64,000 bases of DNA from an uncultured Gammaproteobacteria bacterium (GCA_963830105.1 CAWHLH010000003.1:856373-920372), one strand, 5' to 3'; positions 46,645 through 54,922 are shown, counted from the stretch's first letter. Program-made: numbers and translations. The notes: a model not told the origin generated them from the letters alone.

Positions 46645-48015
46645 ATGGGAAGAGGTTTGCGGGTGACAGCCCTGCACCTGGGGCTGATCGCGGCGCTTGC
46701 CGCCGGCAACGTCACTGGAGAAACACTGGGTGGGAAACTGGACAAACTGCAGAAGGCCCTGGAGCGGCAGGACCGCGTCGCGGCCCGGCAGCGCGAGCGG
46801 CTCGCCGAACAGGCCCGCGAACTGGCCCGTCAACGGGCGCTGATCGAACAGCAGCTTCGCGACCTGGACGCCCTGCGCCGGCGCACGATGGCCACGCGGC
46901 AGATGGAACACGCACGGGGTGCCGGTCCCGGCGCACCCGCCACGAGGGACAACACCGAACCCGCAAGAGCAGCGGCACGTCCCGCAGCCCAGACGCCGGC
47001 GGCCGCCACCCGGCAGGTGGCACAGGCGCAAACCGGCAGCAAGCCCGTCGGCCAGGCGCCCGCATCGACCGAGAAACCACCCCAGATCCAATCGATCGCC
47101 GAGATAGGCGGCATCCTGACGCCTGAAGGACACTGGGTCCTGGAACCGACGCTCCAGTACTCCAATTCCCAGGTCAACCAATTCACGTTCCTGGGCGTGC
47201 AGATCCTCGACACGTTTCTGATCGGCATCCTGGAGGCCCAGGACCAGGATCGCAACATTCTGTCGCCGTCCCTCACGGTGCGTTACGGCCTGACCAACCG
47301 CATGGAACTGGAGGCAAAGATCCCGTACATCTGGCGCGACGACACCTTGAAGGCGGCCATCCCCCAGGCCACCCAGGGCGACCAGTCGACGCAGATCACC
47401 CGCAACCTGCGCGGGTCGGGCATCGGCGATGTGGAGATCGCCGCCCATTACCAGATCAACCGGGGGCTGGGCGGCTGGCCCTATTTCATCGGGAACCTGC
47501 GCTACAAGTCGACGACCGGCAAAGGGCCTTTCGATGTCAGCCGCAACGCGGACGGCATCGAAACGGAACTTGCCACCGGCTCGGGTTTCCAGGCTATCGA
47601 ACCCAGTGTCACCATCCTGTTTCCTTCGGACCCGGCGGTGTTCTTTGCCAACGTGGGCTACGACTTCAACCTGAAGAGCAACGTCAACAAAACCTTCTCA
47701 GTCAGCGGTAGCCAGCCCCAGACCGTGCAGGAGGTGGACCCCGGAGATGCCTTCCGCATGAGCTTTGGCATGGCCTATGCCATCAACCAGGCGGCCTCAT
47801 TCACCCTCGGCTACAAGGCCGACTTCATCCAGAGCACCGATACGACGATCAACGGCGTCAAGCTCAGCTCGTCGAGCCTTAAGCTGGGAGCAATGCTGCT
47901 CGGCTTCGGCTATCGCATCAACGACCACACAAGCGCCAACGTCAATCTGGAACTCGGCGTCACCGCCGATGCCCCCGACGTGACCATGACCCTGCGGGTT
48001 CCCTACGCCATGTGA
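46645..48015 (+). CDS. FapF-like outer-membrane beta-barrel transporter with N-terminal coiled coil
   Basis: Signal peptide, coiled coil, Ala/Pro linker, VRYGLTNRMELEAKIPYIWR, GIGDVE, ATGSGF, SDPAVFF, C-terminal LRVPYAM; alternative start at 46600. Confidence 0.75.
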   Translation: MGRGLRVTALHLGLIAALAAGNVTGETLGGKLDKLQKALERQDRVAARQRERLAEQARELARQRALIEQQLRDLDALRRRTMATRQMEHARGAGPGAPATRDNTEPARAAARPAAQTPAAATRQVAQAQTGSKPVGQAPASTEKPPQIQSIAEIGGILTPEGHWVLEPTLQYSNSQVNQFTFLGVQILDTFLIGILEAQDQDRNILSPSLTVRYGLTNRMELEAKIPYIWRDDTLKAAIPQATQGDQSTQITRNLRGSGIGDVEIAAHYQINRGLGGWPYFIGNLRYKSTTGKGPFDVSRNADGIETELATGSGFQAIEPSVTILFPSDPAVFFANVGYDFNLKSNVNKTFSVSGSQPQTVQEVDPGDAFRMSFGMAYAINQAASFTLGYKADFIQSTDTTINGVKLSSSSLKLGAMLLGFGYRINDHTSANVNLELGVTADAPDVTMTLRVPYAM

Positions 48016-48208
48016 GCGCGTCCGGAACTGACGGATCGACTGGCGTAAAGGGAGTTGTTGCGCCGGCCGCGCATGTCCAACGTGGCACTCGGCTGCCTCG
48101 GCTGCTCACAACATACGGGGAAGCGTCTACAAAAGATGAACAGAGGAACGGGCCCGACGACTGACAGGCCTAACCTCCGGCGCCGGCGATTTTCGACGCC
48201 TCTCCGGG

Positions 48209-48826
48209 TCAGGGCAGCTGCCCGCTCTGAAGGCCTATTCTGTTGCTCAACAACGTGTCGCGTACCGCCTGCTGAAACTCTTTGAAACGGGCCACGCCAA
48301 CCGTGATATTGAGCTGCTGCTGAATCTGGCGGTCGCTGGCGGTGTTGACCAACAGCCCGATCACCCGGCTCTGGCTGATGTCATGGACCGCGAGCGTCGT
48401 GCCTTTGGCGTCCTGTACGATCACTCCGCCACCCGCCGCGACACCGGCGAGATCGGCTCCCTTCAAACCCGCCGCAGCCAGTCGTGCCGCCGTGGCCGCA
48501 TCCACCGGCCGCCCCGCACCACCGATCACCTGCTGCCCGCTCAGTTGCCCGCTATCATTCACGGTAAACGTGCTCTGCAATGCCAGCTGACCGTCGATGA
48601 CCGTGCGAACCTGAGCTCCGAACTCGAACTTCATGCCGGCGAAGTCGAAGCCCCCGCGGCGCTCGGCCAGATCCTGCTCACTGACCGCCGTCAGTCCCGC
48701 GAACGGGTGCGGCCCGACGGGTCCGGCCGCGGCGGGACAAACCCATCCCGGGACCGCGCTGGCGGCGAGCGCCAGCGCGCAGCGCGCGCCTACCCGGCCC
48801 ATGATGCGTGCCAACAGGACGGCCAT
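48209..48826 (-). CDS. Secreted FapE-like accessory protein
   Basis: Signal peptide, VSEQDLAERRGGF...FEFG motif, NTASDRQIQQQLNI; next to the C39 peptidase. Confidence 0.55.
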   Translation of the reverse strand: MAVLLARIMGRVGARCALALAASAVPGWVCPAAAGPVGPHPFAGLTAVSEQDLAERRGGFDFAGMKFEFGAQVRTVIDGQLALQSTFTVNDSGQLSGQQVIGGAGRPVDAATAARLAAAGLKGADLAGVAAGGGVIVQDAKGTTLAVHDISQSRVIGLLVNTASDRQIQQQLNITVGVARFKEFQQAVRDTLLSNRIGLQSGQLP

Positions 48827-48830
48827 CGCG

Positions 48831-49541
48831 CTATCTCCCGAATTCGTTGATGCCGGGAAGGTTCAAGGTGAACATCCCCAGTCCTGAAAACGGCCTGCCT
48901 TCGGCAATCGGCGGTTGGGGCCAGATACGCCAGTCGCGCTCGGTGTTGAAGTGCGCGCGGGCAATATTGATTCGACCGCGGGCCGCCAGCACGGGGCCGT
49001 CCCAGATCCTTTCGAATGCCCGGCGCGGCAGCGCCACAGACCCCGCCGCCGGATCCGCCAGCAGCACGCGGTCACCCTCGATGCCTTTGATCACCACAAA
49101 GTGCTTGTAGCCGCGGGTATTGACCAGGGCGATCATGGGTACACCGATCTTTGCGATCTGGTCCAGCGTCATCCTGAAACCGTCGGAGTGCAGTCCCCGA
49201 CTGTCCAGATAACGCTTCATGTCGAGCATGGAGAATCCGTATGTACGGATCTTGCGTTGATCGCCGACCCGGAACATGGCCTTGAATACTGCGGCTTCCG
49301 GCGTCGGCATATCGTAGTGGTAGGTCAGTAGGGTGGAGATGGCCGCCGATCCACAGCTGTAGTCGTAGCGCTGGTGAACAACGGTCTGCCAGCGCGCCTC
49401 GCCCAGGCTGGACACCGGGACATTGTAGGCACCGGCCACCCCTTCGATGTGCAGTGCACCGGCATGGGCGAAGCCCGCCAACAGTGCACCGGCCAGGACC
49501 GCCAACCACCTGCTCTGGGGCTTACTCCGGGGCTTGCTCAT
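48831..49541 (-). CDS. Periplasmic C39 family peptidase (FapD-like)
   Basis: Signal peptide; VHQRYDYSCGSAA (Cys), GFSMLDMKRY, YKHFVV (His), LADPA (Asp); no ABC domain. Confidence 0.9.
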   Translation of the reverse strand: MSKPRSKPQSRWLAVLAGALLAGFAHAGALHIEGVAGAYNVPVSSLGEARWQTVVHQRYDYSCGSAAISTLLTYHYDMPTPEAAVFKAMFRVGDQRKIRTYGFSMLDMKRYLDSRGLHSDGFRMTLDQIAKIGVPMIALVNTRGYKHFVVIKGIEGDRVLLADPAAGSVALPRRAFERIWDGPVLAARGRINIARAHFNTERDWRIWPQPPIAEGRPFSGLGMFTLNLPGINEFGR

Positions 49542-49571
49542 GAGCCGTCCCTGGGACCGCGCCACGCGACC

Positions 49572-49943
49572 CTATTGGAGATTGAAGGTCACACCGATGG
49601 CCGCGTCCACCGCGTTGTTGTTGCCCGTCACGATATTGAACAACCCCACCCCCCCGAAGTGATCGAGGGCATTCGGCCCGATGGTCACGCTACCGCTGTT
49701 GATGGTACCCGCCTGGAAGCTGCTGCCGTTAATGGTGGCCGCCAGGTCCTGATTGCTCTCAACGGTGATGGTGGTATGCCCTTCGCGACCTCGAAACTGC
49801 GCCAGTTCCGAACCGTCAACGGTGGCCGCCGTGGCAAACATGTCGTCACTGGCACCGGCGGCACTGACGCCAGCGGCCAGACATGTGCCTCCGCTGGCCA
49901 GCACGGCAGCCACCAGCATCCATCCCCCTACTTGCATTCTCAT
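49572..49943 (-). CDS. Small secreted FapB-like protein (single amyloid-type repeat)
   Basis: Signal peptide, VDGSELAQFRG, SGSVTIGPNALDHFGGVGLFNIVTGNNNAV...VTFNL. Confidence 0.6.
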   Translation of the reverse strand: MRMQVGGWMLVAAVLASGGTCLAAGVSAAGASDDMFATAATVDGSELAQFRGREGHTTITVESNQDLAATINGSSFQAGTINSGSVTIGPNALDHFGGVGLFNIVTGNNNAVDAAIGVTFNLQ

Positions 49944-50031
49944 GGCACGATCCCTCGTCCAGGCCTGCCTGATGGCGCTACCGCTGCGGGCCGGCGGGCC
50001 CCATGCCCACCGGCCCGCCCGCCCACATCGG

Positions 50032-51381
50032 TCAGGGGCCGCCGACCGCCGACCCGCTGCCGATGCTCACACCCGAATTGGCGGCGATGGACACGCCACC
50101 GAGGGTGGAGTTGTACAACCCCGACGAGATGTTGATGTTGGCGATGCCGCCGAAGGTACCGGTGCCACCAGCCACCGCAACGCTCGCTCCGCCGGTGCTG
50201 AGGGTGCCGCCGCCGCCGAGGCCGCCATTGCCGCCGGCACCACCGTCACCACCCATACCGCCGTTACCGCCGTTACCGCCGGCACCGCCCATGCCACCGG
50301 AAGCCACGTTGCCGCCATTGTTGGTGGTGCCGCCATCACCGCCTGTGCCCCCGCTACCGGAGTTGGCGCTGTTGCCGCCATTGTTGGTGGTGCCACCGGC
50401 ACCACCCGCACCGCCCGCACCGGCGTTGGCTGTGTTGGCGCCGTTGTTGATGGTGCCGCCGTCGCCTCCCGTGCCGCCGTTGCCGGCATTAGCGGTATTG
50501 CCGCCGTTGCCGGTATCGCCGCCGTTGCCGCCGTTGCCCGCGGCATTGGTGCTGCCACCGCTGCCACCGCCGTCGCCGGTACCGTTGTTGCCGGCATAGA
50601 CCGAACCGCCGTCGCCGCCCTGGGCGTTGCCCGCGCCGGTGGCGTAACCCCCGTCGCCGGCAGTGTTGCCGCCACCGCCGTTGGCATTGCCCGATCCGGA
50701 AGCGCCACCGTTGGATTGTCCGTTCAAGCTCTCGGACGAATCGACAGCAACACTATGACCACCGTGGCCCCCATCGCCGCCATAGGCGCCGTTGGCGCTG
50801 CCATTACCGCTGGCGTGGCCACCGTCACCGCCGATATTGCCGCCGCCGCCATTGGCATTGCCGGAACCGCTGGCGCCGCCACTGCCATTCAGGCTGGTGG
50901 GCTGACCGTCGGTCCCGTTCTGGTAGCCAGTCCCGGACGAACCCCCGTTGCCGCCAGCACCGCCGTAGGCACTACCACCATAGCCGCCGTCACCACCGCT
51001 GGCACCGGCGCCGCCCACACCACCGTACACCCGTATGGGGGCACCGGTGACGGTAGAGGTCAGGGTCTGGTAGGAAATCACCTCGACATCGGTGTTGAAG
51101 GACTCGCTGTAGGCATGCGCGGTCCCGCCCGCGCCGCCCATGCCAGCACCGGTGGCCGTGCCACCGTCACCACCGGCTCCCGTACCGGTGGGACTGGCGT
51201 TACCGCCGGCGCCGCCGCTGACGCTGCCGCCGTTGCCGCCGTTCGCGGTTGCGGTAGCCATCGAGTCCACGGTAGCCAGGTTGCCATTGCCGAACGTATT
51301 TCGCGGATTGGCATAGGCCGTACTGGCCGCCGCCACGGCGAGAGCCAGCACCGACAGACTCATCGTGATTGGCTTGTACAT
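50032..51381 (-). CDS. Secreted glycine-rich repeat protein, paralog 3
   Basis: CAGGAGAG RBS, signal peptide (AYA-NP), AYSESFNTDVEVISYQTL motif, GGx repeats, C-terminal FGGIANINISSGLYNSTLG. Confidence 0.85.
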   Translation of the reverse strand: MYKPITMSLSVLALAVAAASTAYANPRNTFGNGNLATVDSMATATANGGNGGSVSGGAGGNASPTGTGAGGDGGTATGAGMGGAGGTAHAYSESFNTDVEVISYQTLTSTVTGAPIRVYGGVGGAGASGGDGGYGGSAYGGAGGNGGSSGTGYQNGTDGQPTSLNGSGGASGSGNANGGGGNIGGDGGHASGNGSANGAYGGDGGHGGHSVAVDSSESLNGQSNGGASGSGNANGGGGNTAGDGGYATGAGNAQGGDGGSVYAGNNGTGDGGGSGGSTNAAGNGGNGGDTGNGGNTANAGNGGTGGDGGTINNGANTANAGAGGAGGAGGTTNNGGNSANSGSGGTGGDGGTTNNGGNVASGGMGGAGGNGGNGGMGGDGGAGGNGGLGGGGTLSTGGASVAVAGGTGTFGGIANINISSGLYNSTLGGVSIAANSGVSIGSGSAVGGP

Positions 51382-51468
51382 GACACTCTCCTGTTGTCCT
51401 GTTGCCGGCCGGGCCCGGTTAAACCGGACCCGGCCTCTCCCTTGTGTCACTCCCTACGACACATCACA

Positions 51469-52683
51469 TCAGGGACTGGCTGTCCCGCTGCCGATGCTCA
51501 CACCACTGTGGGCCGCAACCGACACGCCCCCCAGAGTGGAGTTGTACAAGCCCGATGAGACATTCACGTTGCCAATGCCGCCAAACGCGCCGGCACCCAA
51601 CGCCACATTGACGTTGCCCGTGGTAAGGGCGCCGCCGTTGCCGGCACCACCGGCACCGCCATTGCCACCGGTACCGCCGTTGCCACCGGTACCGCCGGCG
51701 CCGCCGGCCGCCCCGGCACCGCCGTAGGCCATGTTGCCGCCGTTGTTGGTGGAACCGCCGTTGCCGCCGGCACCGCCGTTGCCGCCATTCGCGGTGTTGC
51801 CCCCGTTGCTGGTGGAGCCACCGGTACCGCCATTACCGGCCGCGCCCCCATCGGCGGTGTTGGTGCCGTTGGCGGTGGAGCCACCGGTCCCGCCGGAACC
51901 ACCGGCACCCCCATTGGCACTGTTGGTGCCGTTGGCCGTCGAGCCGCCGGCGCCGCCATCACCCGCGGTGTTGCCGCCGCCGCCATCGCCGGTGTTGCTG
52001 CCGGCATTGACGCCTCCGCCCGCGCCACCATAGGCATCGCCGTTTCCGCTCGCAGTGCCACCATAGCCGCCGGTGTTACCGCCACCACCGTTGGCATTCC
52101 CCGCACCGGAGGCCTGGCCTCCATAGCCGCCGGAGCCGCCACCGCCGCCGTCGGCGCTGCCGTCACCATAGGCGGTACCGCCGGCACCGCCCACGTTGCC
52201 GCCGCCACCGTTGGCATTCCCCGCACCGGAGGCCTGGCCTCCATAGCCGCCGTTGCCGCCCGATGCGCCGTCTGCGTTGCCGCCGTTGCCGCCGGAGGCC
52301 CCGTAGCCACCGTCACCACCTGTGCCTCCCCAGACGCGAACGGGCGATCCGGTGACCGTGGAGGTGAGGGTCTGGTAGGAGATCACCTCAATATCGGAAT
52401 TGAACGACTCGCTGTAAGCCTTGGTGTCGGCACCGCCGGCTCCGCCGGCTCCGGCCGTGTCCGCGGCCCCGCCGGCGCCACCGTTCCCTCCGCTTCCGCC
52501 GTTTCCTCCGTTGCCCCCGTAGACGTCACCGCCGTAGCCGCCATTGGCGTTTGCGGTGGCACTTGATGTCACCGTCGCGGTGTTGTCATTGCCGAACTTG
52601 TTCTTCGGATTGGCATAGGCGCTGCTTGCGGCCGCAACGGCCAAGGCGACAGCGGAGACACCCACTAACATCGGTTTGTACAT
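51469..52683 (-). CDS. Secreted glycine-rich repeat protein, paralog 2
   Basis: AAGGAG RBS, same signal/N-terminal/central/C-terminal motifs as its neighbours. Confidence 0.85.
   Translation of the reverse strand: MYKPMLVGVSAVALAVAAASSAYANPKNKFGNDNTATVTSSATANANGGYGGDVYGGNGGNGGSGGNGGAGGAADTAGAGGAGGADTKAYSESFNSDIEVISYQTLTSTVTGSPVRVWGGTGGDGGYGASGGNGGNADGASGGNGGYGGQASGAGNANGGGGNVGGAGGTAYGDGSADGGGGGSGGYGGQASGAGNANGGGGNTGGYGGTASGNGDAYGGAGGGVNAGSNTGDGGGGNTAGDGGAGGSTANGTNSANGGAGGSGGTGGSTANGTNTADGGAAGNGGTGGSTSNGGNTANGGNGGAGGNGGSTNNGGNMAYGGAGAAGGAGGTGGNGGTGGNGGAGGAGNGGALTTGNVNVALGAGAFGGIGNVNVSSGLYNSTLGGVSVAAHSGVSIGSGTASP
52085..52252. repeat. Identical 48-bp direct repeat, 120-bp period, inside paralog 2
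   Basis: ccaccgttggcattccccgcaccggaggcctggcctccatagccgccg at 52085-52132 and 52205-52252. Confidence 0.85.
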
Positions 52684-52770
52684 GGCTCACTCTCCTTAGT
52701 TTGGCTTCGTTTCAGAGCTTCCAGGGAACCACTTGCCCCTTGGTGCCCTGTATTCCGCGTTCCGCCTGCC

Positions 52771-53985
52771 TCAGTTGCCGATACTCACATTGGAGTGCGC
52801 CGCCACCGACACAGCACCCAACGTGGAGTTGTACAGCCCGGACGAGACGTTGATGTTGGCAATGCCGCCGAAGGTTCCGGCACCGACCGCGACGTTGACA
52901 TTGCCGGTGCTCAGCATGCCGCCCGCACCGTCTCCGCCATTGCCGCCCGTGCCACCATTGCCACCGGCACCACCCGTGCCGCCAGCGCCGCCGGTGCCGC
53001 CGTCGCCGCCATAGGCCATGTTGCCGCCGTTGGTGGTAGTACCACCGGCACCGCCGGCACCGCCATCACCGCCATTGGCACTGTTGGCACCATTGCTGGT
53101 GCTGCCACCACCGCCTCCATCGCCGCCTGCGGCCGCATTGGCGCTGTTGCCCCCATTGCTGGTGCTGCCGCCCGCGCCGCCGGTACCGCCGTCACCGGCG
53201 TTGGCGCTGTTGCCACCATTGCTGGTGGTGCCGCCAGCTCCACCGGCTCCAGCGGTGTTGTCGCTGCCGCCGTTGCCGCCGTTGTTGCCGGAATAGACGC
53301 TCCCGCCCGCGCCTCCATGGGCGTTTCCGTCTCCGGATGCGTCCCCGCCGTCGCCGCCGTAATTGGCTGCGCCGCCGTTGGCATTGCCTTGAGCCGTGGC
53401 CGATCCGCCCGAGCCGCCGGAACCGGCGGAGCTGCCGTTCGCGCTGCCGTCACCCCAGGCCTCGCCGCCGTTGCCGCCGTAGTTGCCGCCGCCCCCGTTG
53501 GCGTTGCCTGAACCCGATGCCGTGCCGCCGTCGGCGCCGTGTCCGCCACTGGCGCCGTCTGCGGAACCGCCGTTGCCGCCATAGCCGCCATCGGCACCGT
53601 TGCCGCCGAGGCCGCCATAGACACGGATCGGTGCGCCAGTGACCTGGGAATTCAAGGTCTGGTAGGAAATCACTTCGATATCGGTGTTGAACGATTCGCT
53701 GTAGGCGTGGGCGGTGCCGCCGGCGCCACCGGCCCCGGCCGTACTGGCGCTGCCACCGGCGCCGCCGGCACCTGTGCCGGTGGTGTCAGAGGTTGTGCCG
53801 CCGGCACCGCCGTTACCGCCGGTTGCGGAGCCGCCGTTGCCGCCATTGGCGTTGGCCATGGCCGTAGAGTCCACCGTCGCCGTGTTGGAGTTTCCGAACT
53901 TGTTCTTCGGATTGGCGTAGGCGCTGGTGGCAACCGCCACGGACAGTGCGACCGCCGACATACCTATCAAGAGTGGCTTGTTCAT
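52771..53985 (-). CDS. Secreted glycine-rich repeat protein, paralog 1
   Basis: GGAGG RBS before ATG 53985, MNKPLLIG signal peptide, same conserved motifs. Confidence 0.85.
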   Translation of the reverse strand: MNKPLLIGMSAVALSVAVATSAYANPKNKFGNSNTATVDSTAMANANGGNGGSATGGNGGAGGTTSDTTGTGAGGAGGSASTAGAGGAGGTAHAYSESFNTDIEVISYQTLNSQVTGAPIRVYGGLGGNGADGGYGGNGGSADGASGGHGADGGTASGSGNANGGGGNYGGNGGEAWGDGSANGSSAGSGGSGGSATAQGNANGGAANYGGDGGDASGDGNAHGGAGGSVYSGNNGGNGGSDNTAGAGGAGGTTSNGGNSANAGDGGTGGAGGSTSNGGNSANAAAGGDGGGGGSTSNGANSANGGDGGAGGAGGTTTNGGNMAYGGDGGTGGAGGTGGAGGNGGTGGNGGDGAGGMLSTGNVNVAVGAGTFGGIANINVSSGLYNSTLGAVSVAAHSNVSIGN

Positions 53986-54135
53986 TCGCGTACCTCCACT
54001 GATCATTCCCTTTGTGAGGCGTTCCCTTGTTTGCGCGGGATGGCGCCCTTTCCCTCCCGGGGTCGCAGCCTGCCGCGGGGGTACTCCCCTGCCCGCACAC
54101 CGGCACGGCCATACAGGCTGGCTCACAGCACTTAT

Positions 54136-54151
54136 AGCAAGGCGCGTGCCT
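54136..54151 (-). promoter_or_regulatory. Sigma54 (-24/-12) promoter of the glycine-rich operon
   Basis: Minus strand AGGCAC-GCGCC-TTGCT (GG-N10-GC), ~150 bp upstream of ATG 53985. Confidence 0.75.
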
Positions 54152-54169
54152 ATCGGCGAAGCAACGTGT

Positions 54170-54182
54170 TAATTGGCTGATA
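54170..54182 (-). promoter_or_regulatory. IHF-like binding site
   Basis: TATCAGCCAATTA fits WATCAR-N4-TTR, just upstream of the -24 element. Confidence 0.55.
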
Positions 54183-54577
54183 AACAAAACGAATTACCAC
54201 TTTCGAGCCCTATGGACTCCCCGTGGCCGAGGCCCCTCTTGGCAGTCCACCGTTACAGGACAAGTCGGGGGGCGCCGCCGGATTGCACCGGAGGACGGTC
54301 CGCAGCCGCCGCCGGACCTCGAACCCGCTCCAGGCTTGACGTTTATTTGACTTTCAGATTAGCCACTTGCATGGCGTTTTCGGGTAGGGCGACGAACCGT
54401 GAACGCAGAGTTCAACGCCAGCCCGCGGCAACCGAAGGCTGTATGAAGGTGTTTCGCGGCTGTGACAACCGCCGGTACCAAGGGTTGGGAAGATCGAAGA
54501 AAAGAGACTACTTATCAGACCGATCGAACAATTCAAAGGACTGTGCCAGCTACGTAACAGAAACGGCCAGCCGCCCC

Positions 54578-54922
54578 TCAACCGGGCGGCCAGGCCATGG
54601 GCCTGCCGCCCAGCACATGCAGATGGATGTGAAATACGGACTGGCCGGCCTCGGGATTGCAGTTCATGACCGTCCGGTAGCCCCGTTCCTGGACCTGGGC
54701 GTCGGCCGCCACCTGCTGGGCGGCGAGGAACATCCGGCCAACCAGCGACTCGTCCCCCGCACGCAGATCATTGAGAGTCGCGATGTGGCGCTTGGGCACC
54801 ACCAGTACATGCAGGGGGGCCTGCGGATTGATATCCCGGAACGCCATCACCTGGTCGTCCTCGTAGACCACGTCGGGCTCGATGTCCCCATTGACCATCT
54901 TGCAGAACAGGCAATCGCTCAT
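54578..54922 (-). CDS. hinT: HIT family nucleotide-binding protein
   Basis: MSDCLFCK, AFRDINPQAPLH, GQSVFHIHLHVLGGR..WPPG. Confidence 0.93.
   Translation of the reverse strand: MSDCLFCKMVNGDIEPDVVYEDDQVMAFRDINPQAPLHVLVVPKRHIATLNDLRAGDESLVGRMFLAAQQVAADAQVQERGYRTVMNCNPEAGQSVFHIHLHVLGGRPMAWPPG

Noticed and set aside
48831-49541. C39 peptidase as a bacteriocin/RiPP exporter
   Set aside because: It is a stand-alone protein with a signal peptide and no ABC domain, and there are no modification enzymes nearby; the context fits FapD
50032-53985. Gly-rich proteins as PE-PGRS proteins, or as RTX cargo of the HlyBD pair
   Set aside because: No PE domain, no GGxGxDxL nonapeptides, and clear Sec signal peptides, which do not fit type I secretion
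50032-53985. CRISPR array or DNA-level tandem repeat
   Set aside because: Repeats are degenerate, codon-phased and coding; no constant repeat with unique spacers and no cas genes
50003-54180. Long Pro-rich or Ala/Thr-rich ORFs (PPLPP...) overlapping the glycine-rich genes
   Set aside because: Antisense or alternate-frame shadows of GGC/GGT repeats; they lack an RBS, signal peptides and conserved motifs, unlike the minus-strand Gly frames
44550-54577. Fap-like locus as a mobile genomic island
   Set aside because: No integrase, transposase, tRNA or flanking direct repeats were seen; it is accessory but not demonstrably mobile
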